Positions 1-7,545 of a stretch of 32,000 nucleotides of DNA are shown here, one piece after another. The translations under genes and the position numbers were made by a program. Origin of the DNA: Candidatus Thorarchaeota archaeon (lineage in GTDB: Archaea; Asgardarchaeota; Thorarchaeia; Thorarchaeales; Thorarchaeaceae); the NCBI GenBank assembly GCA_008080745.1, contig SHMX01000003.1, forward strand, positions 516,264-548,263. The letters are read 5' to 3'. The notes below the pieces were generated by a model. It searched no databases and was not told the origin of the DNA. It saw only the letters and a list, made by a program, of their open reading frames with translations. Every line of letters starts with the position of its first letter. Positions within the stretch are counted from its first letter, which is position 1.

Positions 1-21
1 GGGAGAATAGGAGGCTATTGA

Positions 22-471
22 ATGTCTGACGCAACAATACCACCAGTCGCAAAAATCGAAGAATTATTGGCTAGCTTTGAAGAACGAGTTCCCGTTTGGG
101 GAATAACGGTCTTTACGGTAGACGGGTACATAATTGCTCATAGATTGTTCTACAATAAAATGCCTCCCGACATCGAGATGGCAGTGAGCAGTCTTTCAGC
201 AAGCCTTATCACAATCGCGGAGAATTTCATTGGATTTATTGATCCAGAGAAAGTCTTCAGACAAATAACATTTGACGCAATGGATGATGCAGGGGGAATA
301 TCATTTACTATTCTCTTGAAACAAGTTGCGGACAATGTTTTATTAACATGTATCTTCCCAAGTTCAGTTCAACTCGGACTGGTAGTTTTTGAGCTGGAAA
401 ACCTCTCTGAAGAAATACGCGAGGTTGTATCTGAATGGGAGGTCAAGCTACACGAAGAAACTATGACTTGA
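22..471 (+). CDS. Roadblock/LC7-like domain protein (Asgard roadblock paralog 1)
   Basis: 149 aa; helix, then WGITVFTVDGYII hairpin, helix (AVSSLSASLITIAE), three strands and C-terminal helix LGLVVFELENL, i.e. the roadblock pattern. GGAGG RBS upstream. Confidence 0.75.
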   Translation: MSDATIPPVAKIEELLASFEERVPVWGITVFTVDGYIIAHRLFYNKMPPDIEMAVSSLSASLITIAENFIGFIDPEKVFRQITFDAMDDAGGISFTILLKQVADNVLLTCIFPSSVQLGLVVFELENLSEEIREVVSEWEVKLHEETMT

Positions 472-481
472 GGAAAGATAG

Positions 482-898
482 ATGAGTATTGGAAGATCTG
501 ACAGATTAACACAAGTTCTTGAGGACTTGTTCGATAGGGGAAATGGACGATTTCAGAGTGCAGTAGTCACAAATGAGAGAGGCCTAATAGTAACCAAGAA
601 GGTCCATGGAGACCATCCAGAGGAAAGTCTGGCTGCTATGACCGCTCTTCTGTCGGATGCTTCTGTCAGGGTTAATTCAAACCTTGAATTGGGAATGCCC
701 GAGTTAGCTGTCGTCCGTTCATCGAGCGCACAGCTAGCAGTGAAGGAATTTCCAGTCAGAAAGAAACCGTTCAGAATCGGCCTTGTCATCAAGGATAAGA
801 AAAAACGTTGGTGGCATCGAGGTATGACTCCGGAGAAGATTGAGAAATCACTCACGGAGGCTGCTGAATCGGTACGCGCAATACTTGAAAGCAAATAA
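482..898 (+). CDS. Roadblock/LC7 domain protein (paralog 2)
   Basis: SAVVTNERGLIV and LAAMTALLSDASVRVNSNLELG match the roadblock/MglB consensus. 10 bp after the previous gene. Confidence 0.8.
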   Translation: MSIGRSDRLTQVLEDLFDRGNGRFQSAVVTNERGLIVTKKVHGDHPEESLAAMTALLSDASVRVNSNLELGMPELAVVRSSSAQLAVKEFPVRKKPFRIGLVIKDKKKRWWHRGMTPEKIEKSLTEAAESVRAILESK

Positions 899-933
899 GG
901 GGAACAATATACATACAACGGGGTAAAACGAGA

Positions 934-1296
934 ATGAGTGCAAGGGTAAAGAAACTCACTTCAGTTCTACAAGAACTGGAACAAAACTGTGAAATCACGA
1001 ACTCTGCAATAGTTACCGAGAAAGGACAGATGGTTGCGCACAACCTACATGATGATGTTGATGAGAAATCAGTCTCAGCAATGGGTGCAGCTATCCTCTC
1101 AATCGGAAACAGAGTCGGTACTGTTCTGGCAGCGGGCAATCCAAAGGCCATTATTATCAATGGGTCGGAAAGCATTGTGCTTCTTCGACATATTGGCAAG
1201 ATGGTGTTGATCAGCCTTGCTCCCAAGGATGCCAAAGTCGGTCTTATCGATTTTGAACTTGAGAAGGCTTCAGAACAGATAGCGGACCTTCTATAA
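934..1296 (+). CDS. Roadblock/LC7 (MglB-like) protein (paralog 3)
   Basis: SAIVTEKGQMVA, VSAMGAAILSIGNRVGTVLAAG, IIINGSESIVLL and AKVGLIDFEL form a textbook Roadblock/LC7 pattern. Confidence 0.92.
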   Translation: MSARVKKLTSVLQELEQNCEITNSAIVTEKGQMVAHNLHDDVDEKSVSAMGAAILSIGNRVGTVLAAGNPKAIIINGSESIVLLRHIGKMVLISLAPKDAKVGLIDFELEKASEQIADLL

Positions 1297-1298
1297 AC

Positions 1299-1365
1299 TA
1301 AGGGGACATCGATGATGACCAGTACAGGTTGTGCTGGACCATCCCCCTAACTTTTTCTTTTTATT
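1299..1365 (+). terminator. Stem-loop followed by T-rich tract after the roadblock operon
   Basis: AGGGGA...TCCCCT outer arms, inner CCAGTAC-AGGTT-GTGCTGG stem, then CTTTTTCTTTTTATTTT. Confidence 0.55.
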
Positions 1366-1416
1366 TTCTAACTCACCTATCACTAACTCTATTTTGATGC
1401 TTTTGATTACAATCTC

Positions 1417-1542
1417 ATGTCTTGTGAGACCTGTACTACCATAATTAGATACGGTAAACGTGTACCATCTGGAAAACGTGTCTGTATTGATTGTTGGAAA
1501 GAAGATAATGAAAAGACAGAATCCAATGAAGAAGAGCCCTAA
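1417..1542 (+). CDS. 41-aa Cys4 zinc-finger microprotein (not in ORF track)
   Basis: Hand translation MSCETCTTIIRYGKRVPSGKRVCIDCWKEDNEKTESNEEEP*: CxxC-x16-CxxC plus acidic tail. It fills an otherwise empty intergenic gap. Confidence 0.6.
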   Translation: MSCETCTTIIRYGKRVPSGKRVCIDCWKEDNEKTESNEEEP

Positions 1543-1624
1543 TATTTAGCGAATCATTCAAAGAATCCTGTTTTGGTGCTATTGAAATAATAATGACCTA
1601 CGTATTCGTAGGCCATAATTAGTA

Positions 1625-3325
1625 TTAGAAAATCTTGGGTTCGTCCCATTCTCCAAATACATCTCGCCATACATCCATGATTTCACCAATGGATGCATAT
1701 GCTCTAACAGCCTTGACGACCCAAGGCATGACGTTTTCATTGCCTTCAGAAGCCTTTCTAAGACCATCAAGGGCATCCTTAACCTTTGAACTATCACGTT
1801 CACTTCGGACTTTTTGAAGTCGTTCTACCTGTTTTCGTTCAACATCGGGATCAATCTTGAGGACAGGGATACTGATGTCTTCGCCCTCTAGAACATACTC
1901 GTTCACACCAACGATAATTCTGCGTTTTTGCTCAATCTCACGTTGATATCTGTAGGATGCTTCCGCAATCTCTCGTTGGAAGAATCCCTTTTCGATTGCA
2001 GGAATAACACCACCAAGTGCTTCCACTTTATCGAAGTATTTGTAGGTCTCTTCTTCCATCTGATTTGTAAGGGCTTCAACATAATACGATCCAGCAAGAG
2101 GGTCTATGGTATTGGGTACCCCACTCTCATGGGCAAGTACCTGTTGTGTACGTAATGCTACTCGCACTGCATCTTCGGTTGGCAGACAGAGTGCCTCATC
2201 CATACTATTGGTATGTAGGGATTGTGTTCCACCTAATACCGCTGCTAGAGCCTGATATGCAGTCCGAACGACATTTACAGTGGGTTGTTGAGCGGTCAAT
2301 GAACAACCAGCTGTCTGAGTGTGGAATCGCATCCAAAGAGAACGATCTTTTTCAGCTCCGAAACGCTCTTTCATCTCCCGAGCCCAGATTCTTCTGGCTG
2401 CACGGTATTTAGCCACCTCTTCGAAGATGTCATTATGTGAATTAAAGAAGAATGATAGACGAGGTGCAAAACTATCAACATCAAGCCCTCTCTCAACACC
2501 CCATTTCACATATTCGAGACCGTTCATAAGGGTGAATGCAAGCTCTTGAACAGCGGTAGAACCTGCCTCACGGATGTGATACCCCGAGATGGATATTGTA
2601 TTCCATCGTGGAATGTTATCGGTTGCATACTCGATGATATCCGTGATGATTCTAAGAGAGGGTTTTGGAGCTAGAATCCAGGACTTCTGTGCTTGATACT
2701 CCTTCAATAGGTCATTCTGAATGGTCCCACCAATCTTGTCAGCAGGAACCCCCTGTTTCTCAGCCGTCACCATGTACATTGCAAGAAGAATAGAAGCTGG
2801 AGCATTGATAGTCATAGATGTGGTTACTTTATCCAAGGGAATACCGTCAAAGAGAATCTCCATATCCTTCAGAGTATCAATTGCAACTCCGAGTTTTCCT
2901 ACCTCACCCAATGCATAAGGGTGATCCGAGTCGCGCCCGAACAGTGTTGGAAGATGAAAAGCAACACTAAGACCAGTCTGTCCATTTGCTAACAAGAACT
3001 TGTATCGCTGATTGGACTCCTCTGCAGTGCCCATTCCAGCAAATTGACGCATGGTCCAGATTCGACCTCGGTACATCGTTGATTGAACACCACGAGTATA
3101 GGGGTACTGACTGGGAAACCCGAGATCTCTGAGATAATCAAAGTCAGGGATATCATCTGGGGTGTATATCCGTTTTACGGGAACACTAGATGTTGATATG
3201 AATTCCTCCTCACGTTCAGGATACTTCTTCACGTGAGGTTCTAATGTTTCTTCTTCCCATTGTTTCTTGGCTTTGCGAATCTCTTCGAGATCTTCGCAGT
3301 TCTTGGATTTCTTCTTATCCGCCAT
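1625..3325 (-). CDS. B12-dependent acyl-CoA mutase, large (substrate-binding) subunit, methylmalonyl-CoA mutase family; ICM-type active-site residues
   Basis: [62 protein letters not shown]. No C-terminal B12-binding domain. ATG at 3325 (MADKKK) preferred over GTG at 3340. Confidence 0.95.
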   Translation of the reverse strand: MADKKKSKNCEDLEEIRKAKKQWEEETLEPHVKKYPEREEEFISTSSVPVKRIYTPDDIPDFDYLRDLGFPSQYPYTRGVQSTMYRGRIWTMRQFAGMGTAEESNQRYKFLLANGQTGLSVAFHLPTLFGRDSDHPYALGEVGKLGVAIDTLKDMEILFDGIPLDKVTTSMTINAPASILLAMYMVTAEKQGVPADKIGGTIQNDLLKEYQAQKSWILAPKPSLRIITDIIEYATDNIPRWNTISISGYHIREAGSTAVQELAFTLMNGLEYVKWGVERGLDVDSFAPRLSFFFNSHNDIFEEVAKYRAARRIWAREMKERFGAEKDRSLWMRFHTQTAGCSLTAQQPTVNVVRTAYQALAAVLGGTQSLHTNSMDEALCLPTEDAVRVALRTQQVLAHESGVPNTIDPLAGSYYVEALTNQMEEETYKYFDKVEALGGVIPAIEKGFFQREIAEASYRYQREIEQKRRIIVGVNEYVLEGEDISIPVLKIDPDVERKQVERLQKVRSERDSSKVKDALDGLRKASEGNENVMPWVVKAVRAYASIGEIMDVWRDVFGEWDEPKIF

Positions 3326-3356
3326 GTGAACTCGCTCCACTCGATGACTAGGTAGA

Positions 3357-3379
3357 CGGCTTCAAGCCGATGTTATTAA
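3357..3379 (-). promoter_or_regulatory. Putative mutase promoter: TATA-like TTAATAAC with adjacent palindrome CGGCTT-C-AAGCCG
   Basis: Perfect 6-bp inverted repeat at 3357-3369, between the TATA-like element (3372-3379, minus) and the mutase start. Confidence 0.35.
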
Positions 3380-3480
3380 GCTATCCGATTTGGAGAAGAA
3401 ATCGTAACAGTAGAACATCGTATTAGTTATTAGGTTGAACAGTTTTTAGAGAGTATCATCTTATCAAGCGAGGGGAATTC

Positions 3481-4005
3481 ATGAAAAGACTGCAGGTACC
3501 GTTCATTGAACAACAACAGAACAATGATTGTGTGATTGCATGTCTAGAAATGATATTCGAATACTTGGTAAGAAAATATGATGAAATTGCGACATTTACT
3601 AGGAAAGAGCTATTGAAAATTATTGACATATCTATTATTGGTACGAGAATTTGTGATGTTGAATTACTGAATGAACATAAAAAGCTAGAAAAATATCGTT
3701 ACCAACCGAGATTTTTCTGCAGTCCTGGATCAATCCAACATATATGGGAACAAATAGATAAGGAAAGACCAATAATAGCATATATTATCAAGAAGTTCCT
3801 AGGAAATCAAATTAAACATGCTATACTGGTAAACGGGTATTCTAAGGATAAGACAAAATTATCAATATGTGACCCACTGGAAGAACAACCAACATTGCTA
3901 TCAACAGGACAATTCCAAGAGAGATGGAAGCTTTTCCATAAATACCATGTATACTATGAAGTAGTCGAAGTATTACAACCGAAAATAACCGAGTACATTG
4001 AATAG
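3481..4005 (+). CDS. Peptidase C39-like cysteine protease, standalone, no signal peptide
   Basis: LQVPFIEQQQNNDCVIACLEM (oxyanion Gln, catalytic Cys), KHAILVNGY (His), ICDP (Asp). AT-rich. Confidence 0.85.
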   Translation: MKRLQVPFIEQQQNNDCVIACLEMIFEYLVRKYDEIATFTRKELLKIIDISIIGTRICDVELLNEHKKLEKYRYQPRFFCSPGSIQHIWEQIDKERPIIAYIIKKFLGNQIKHAILVNGYSKDKTKLSICDPLEEQPTLLSTGQFQERWKLFHKYHVYYEVVEVLQPKITEYIE

Positions 4006-4020
4006 GCGGAGAAATTTGAA

Positions 4021-4965
4021 ATGAAAGCTCGTAAGCAAATTGAGGAGTATATATTCAAAACATATGGTCATCTAGTACTCCATGATCCTCCAGAATTCGA
4101 CGAAGAGCTATCGGTCTGGATTACCAAACTTCGTTCTGATTATCCGATATTAATAAGAGACGACAAAAGAAGAAAAAAAACACTCAGGTTCCTAAAAATT
4201 CCCTCATTAGGGCATGTTGTTTTTGATGAGGGATTACACCTGGTAAAAGGCAAAACAACTGAAGAAGAAGTAATTGAAGAACGGGTACGAGAATATTTGA
4301 ATATGTGGAGAGAATACGCAGAAGATATTGTGGTTAAAGCTTCAGCAGAAAGAATAGCAAGTTTAGGTGAAGTACGCTTGTCATTGAATCCGATTTTTGA
4401 ACTAATCAATTTCATCGATATCAATGGCTTCATATCCAAAGACCAGATATTTGAGAAAATGTCCAAAAGAAGGCACAAAATGAATCAGTATGTATCGCTA
4501 TTACAAGATTTAGAAATAATTCGACCCTATGAAGACAAGTTTCAGCCGGGTAACCTTTTCGTTGCATTTAAAGAGAGATTTCAGTCGGATTTTGATAAAT
4601 TCATCTCAGCAATATTCTCAGAAATTCTAAGAAAACGATATTCATACCTACGTGACGTTATTCATACACAAAATCTATCCAAGTTAATTAGTGTCGAGAA
4701 TGTAATATACTATCCTGAAATTCATACTGAAGAAGCAATCCCAAGGGATTACAAAACTCTAGCCAAAGAATATAGAATAGAATACCATTCGTCCATTAGT
4801 GAGCCAGCAATTGCCGCATATCTAAGGAAATTAGAGCAAATTGATTTGGTTAGCGAGGAAAATGGGTTATATCATGGAACTCAGTATATGAGAGAGAGGA
4901 TATCTGAGATAAGAACACAAATACCCTCACCTGAACATGTTTGGTCAGTTCCGAGTATCTATTAG
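4021..4965 (+). CDS. Hypothetical protein (314 aa) with two winged-helix-like segments
   Basis: 15 bp after the peptidase, same strand, AT-rich. ISKDQIFEKMSKRRHKMNQYVSLLQDLEIIRPYEDKFQPG and DYKTLAKEY..ISEPAIAAYLRKLEQIDLVSEENGLYHG look like wHTH recognition helix + wing (my pattern reading). Confidence 0.7.
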   Translation: MKARKQIEEYIFKTYGHLVLHDPPEFDEELSVWITKLRSDYPILIRDDKRRKKTLRFLKIPSLGHVVFDEGLHLVKGKTTEEEVIEERVREYLNMWREYAEDIVVKASAERIASLGEVRLSLNPIFELINFIDINGFISKDQIFEKMSKRRHKMNQYVSLLQDLEIIRPYEDKFQPGNLFVAFKERFQSDFDKFISAIFSEILRKRYSYLRDVIHTQNLSKLISVENVIYYPEIHTEEAIPRDYKTLAKEYRIEYHSSISEPAIAAYLRKLEQIDLVSEENGLYHGTQYMRERISEIRTQIPSPEHVWSVPSIY

Positions 4966-4977
4966 CACATATCCATA

Positions 4978-5541
4978 TCAATACTCAAATCCTTTCCTGG
5001 CATCTAATTTCTCTGTAGCAAAATAGTGTTTGACTTCGCGCATCTCTGTTACAAGGTCAGCTGCTTGGATAACCTCATCACGGGCATATCGTCCGGTCAT
5101 GATCAGCTCCACATCATCAGGTTTTTCCTTAATCAAAGCCAGTTGATCTTCAACAGAGATAAGATTCCACTCAACAGCCACATTGATCTCATCAAGAATG
5201 AGAACATCGCACTTGTGATCCCGCAGTGCCTTTTGAGCCATCTTCAGTCCATCCTGAGCCATCCTAATATCGATTGGGTCAGGGTTTTCTTTATCAACCC
5301 AAGATTGACGACCCATAGGAACGATGGTATAGTTTGGAATCTGCTCTATACTCCTGAATTCACCGTAGTTGATATCATCCCCGTCACCACGCCAAGCAAC
5401 TTTTGCTTTCATGAATGAGATGACCAGTACTTCTAATCCATGCCCTGCTGCTCGAAGTCCTGCTCCGAGTGCACAGGTTGTCTTCCCTTTTCCGTTCCCA
5501 GTATAAATTTGAACCTTCCCGGGTTTAGCTGGAGATACCAT
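4978..5541 (-). CDS. cobO: Cob(I)yrinic acid a,c-diamide adenosyltransferase (CobO/CobA/BtuR family)
   Basis: GKVQIYTGNGKGKTTCALG, DVLILDEIN, ELIMTGR, ADLVTEMREVKHYF, ARKGFEY. Confidence 0.96.
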   Translation of the reverse strand: MVSPAKPGKVQIYTGNGKGKTTCALGAGLRAAGHGLEVLVISFMKAKVAWRGDGDDINYGEFRSIEQIPNYTIVPMGRQSWVDKENPDPIDIRMAQDGLKMAQKALRDHKCDVLILDEINVAVEWNLISVEDQLALIKEKPDDVELIMTGRYARDEVIQAADLVTEMREVKHYFATEKLDARKGFEY

Positions 5542-5551
5542 TATCCCAACC

Positions 5552-6181
5552 TCACTGGTTGAATCTCTTAACTAATTTAGCAATCCGTTTTCCTAGACCC
5601 TCACTGGCTGCTATGGCTAACTCGTCCTCTTTTGCAATACGCCAACCACCCTCGTCCTTTTGCATGGCTCCAGAACCAAAAGGTCCGTCTTTAACAGGGC
5701 TACCTACACCGCCAGCAATAATCATACCATGTGCCAAGGCAAATCTATGCAAAAGTTCAATGACAGGTTCTTGACCCCCGTAACGGAGTCCCGCATAGGT
5801 GATTGCCCCAAAGATCTTATCACGGAGCTCATGATTCAACATCTTCATGGGTCGAGAACGGTCCATGAAGTCCTTGAGAACACCAGGAACCGATGTGAAA
5901 TAGGATGGTGCCGCTATAATGATGGCATCAGCCTGTTTGATCTGCTCTTCGATTTTTGGCATATCATCCTTATCGCTTTCAGGGCAAGGAGTCTTTCTAA
6001 CACAGGCATCACAACCAGTACACTGTCTAATCTCATACTCGCTTATGTCTAGAAGTAGTGTTTCACCCTTTGTCTCACCATCAGATAGTGCCTCTGAGGC
6101 TGCTTCTAACGCCTTCTGAAGAAGAAAACGTGTACTAGAGTTCTTTCGTTTTGGAGAACCGCATATACCTACAATTAACAT
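5552..6181 (-). CDS. Iron-sulfur flavoprotein (Isf)/flavodoxin family protein
   Basis: IVGICGSPKRKNSST FMN loop, CTGCDACVRKTPC (Cx2Cx2Cx5C) cluster motif, ADAIIIAAPSYF, LKDFMDR. Confidence 0.92.
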   Translation of the reverse strand: MLIVGICGSPKRKNSSTRFLLQKALEAASEALSDGETKGETLLLDISEYEIRQCTGCDACVRKTPCPESDKDDMPKIEEQIKQADAIIIAAPSYFTSVPGVLKDFMDRSRPMKMLNHELRDKIFGAITYAGLRYGGQEPVIELLHRFALAHGMIIAGGVGSPVKDGPFGSGAMQKDEGGWRIAKEDELAIAASEGLGKRIAKLVKRFNQ

Positions 6182-6226
6182 GCTAAATCAATCGTACTAG
6201 TTGCATGGGTCATTTAGAATTTTTGA

Positions 6227-6967
6227 TTAGTGGGAAAGTGCATCGTTCAATGAATGGGCAATCTCACCTATGGCTTTTACAGCATCTAATCGACCCGATT
6301 CCTTGTATCCTGATACCGCAATGGTCATAGACCGAACCTTGAGTAATTGAACTTGATATCCACGTACTTTGACTACAGTAGGAACGATGTCAGTACTGGG
6401 TTTGATAGTACCCTTGACAATCTCTCTTGTTATCTTGTCCATATGACTCTGGGGAACATTTCCACACACCATCGTACCTTGAGAGTCGAAAACACCCACA
6501 TATGCAACACGATGGTTCTCAAGAACAGTATCGACCAATTCTGAAATCACATCAATAGTGGATGGGTCTGGACCGGTTAAATCGAACCGGAGATATCGCC
6601 GTACTAAAACATCGATCTCATCTATCTCGCCAATATCACCCGTCCAAACTCTAATGAGCTCCCCAAATCCCTTTGCAATAGCAGAACCGAGTGAAATTGC
6701 TTTCTTTCGAGCATTATCCAAATCGTCCTCTTTTTTCGTAGTTAGAACGACAGAGAATGAATCAAAGAATACAAAAATGTAGACTGTGCCATTCTGTTCT
6801 AAGGTATAGGGATGCTCCAAAATCGTACTGGTTCTGGAACGAAATAGGGTCGAACAGGCATTCACATTACCTGGTACCTTGATATCTTCAACCGGAGCCC
6901 CTCCCTCAATTCTTCTAGAGTATATTCGTTCACTTCCATCCTTAAGTACATAGATTTCTGATATCAT
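6227..6967 (-). CDS. Hypothetical protein, probable N-terminal longin-like + C-terminal roadblock-like domains
   Basis: N-term MISEIYVLKDGSERIYSRR (longin-like beta hairpin); C-term VLENHRVAYVGVFDSQGTMVCGN...IAVSG...DAVKAIGEIA (roadblock/profilin-like). Fold call is inference. Confidence 0.55.
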   Translation of the reverse strand: MISEIYVLKDGSERIYSRRIEGGAPVEDIKVPGNVNACSTLFRSRTSTILEHPYTLEQNGTVYIFVFFDSFSVVLTTKKEDDLDNARKKAISLGSAIAKGFGELIRVWTGDIGEIDEIDVLVRRYLRFDLTGPDPSTIDVISELVDTVLENHRVAYVGVFDSQGTMVCGNVPQSHMDKITREIVKGTIKPSTDIVPTVVKVRGYQVQLLKVRSMTIAVSGYKESGRLDAVKAIGEIAHSLNDALSH

Positions 6968-7112
6968 TTAGGCACACTGACCATATTTTTCTCGTTGATT
7001 TCGTTTCATAAGCCTTGTTTGTTGATACACAAGAGAGATATTCAAGAAAGAATATACTACGTGTAACAACGCCTTTTTATTATCAGTAAGGCGCGTATGA
7101 ATAGTGAGGACA

Positions 7113-7427
7113 ATGACAGAGAGAAGGAAGAAGAGGAAAAAGCGGCTAAAGCGTACACGCTACGATATCTATGCTGAACTCATCAGAGTCATCTATGTCT
7201 ATGGTTATTGTCCTCTAACTCGAGCCGCGAGATCTACCAATATGCCTGTGGATAGGGCAAAGACAACCATTGGTGAACTTCTCGAGAGAGGACTTTTAGA
7301 AGAGGAGGACGATGACGGCCAGATTGTTTACAAAGTAACAGTTCGGGGTCATCAATATCTAGAACTCTACAAGAGGATGGCTGGACTCGTAGGAATTCCA
7401 ATACCAGAACCAATCATCGGTATGTGA
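7113..7427 (+). CDS. Winged helix-turn-helix transcriptional regulator (ArnR1/HTH_45-like)
   Basis: KRTRYDIYAELI, LTRAARSTNM, ELLERGLLEE, YKVTVRGHQYLELY. ATG at 7113 after GAGGA preferred over GTG at 7104. Confidence 0.85.
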   Translation: MTERRKKRKKRLKRTRYDIYAELIRVIYVYGYCPLTRAARSTNMPVDRAKTTIGELLERGLLEEEDDDGQIVYKVTVRGHQYLELYKRMAGLVGIPIPEPIIGM

Positions 7428-7454
7428 TTTGAGATACTAACCGGGTATGTCGCG

Positions 7455-7497
7455 AGGTCACAATTTGTGACCTTATTTTGTGTGTCCGCTTTATATA
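7455..7497 (+). promoter_or_regulatory. Inverted-repeat operator AGGTCACA-ATT-TGTGACCT upstream of TATA box TTTATATA
   Basis: Perfect 8-bp arms at 7455-7462 and 7466-7473; TATA at 7490-7497, ahead of the bactofilin-like gene. Confidence 0.6.
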
Positions 7498-7545
7498 CCC
7501 AATTTCATCAGATAATAGTGAATCATATGTTCAAAGGTGAACAAA

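Noticed and set aside
1312-1318. ATGATGA (C-box-like), also at 26901-26907, as possible C/D sRNAs
   Set aside because: No CTGA D box at suitable distance downstream in either case.
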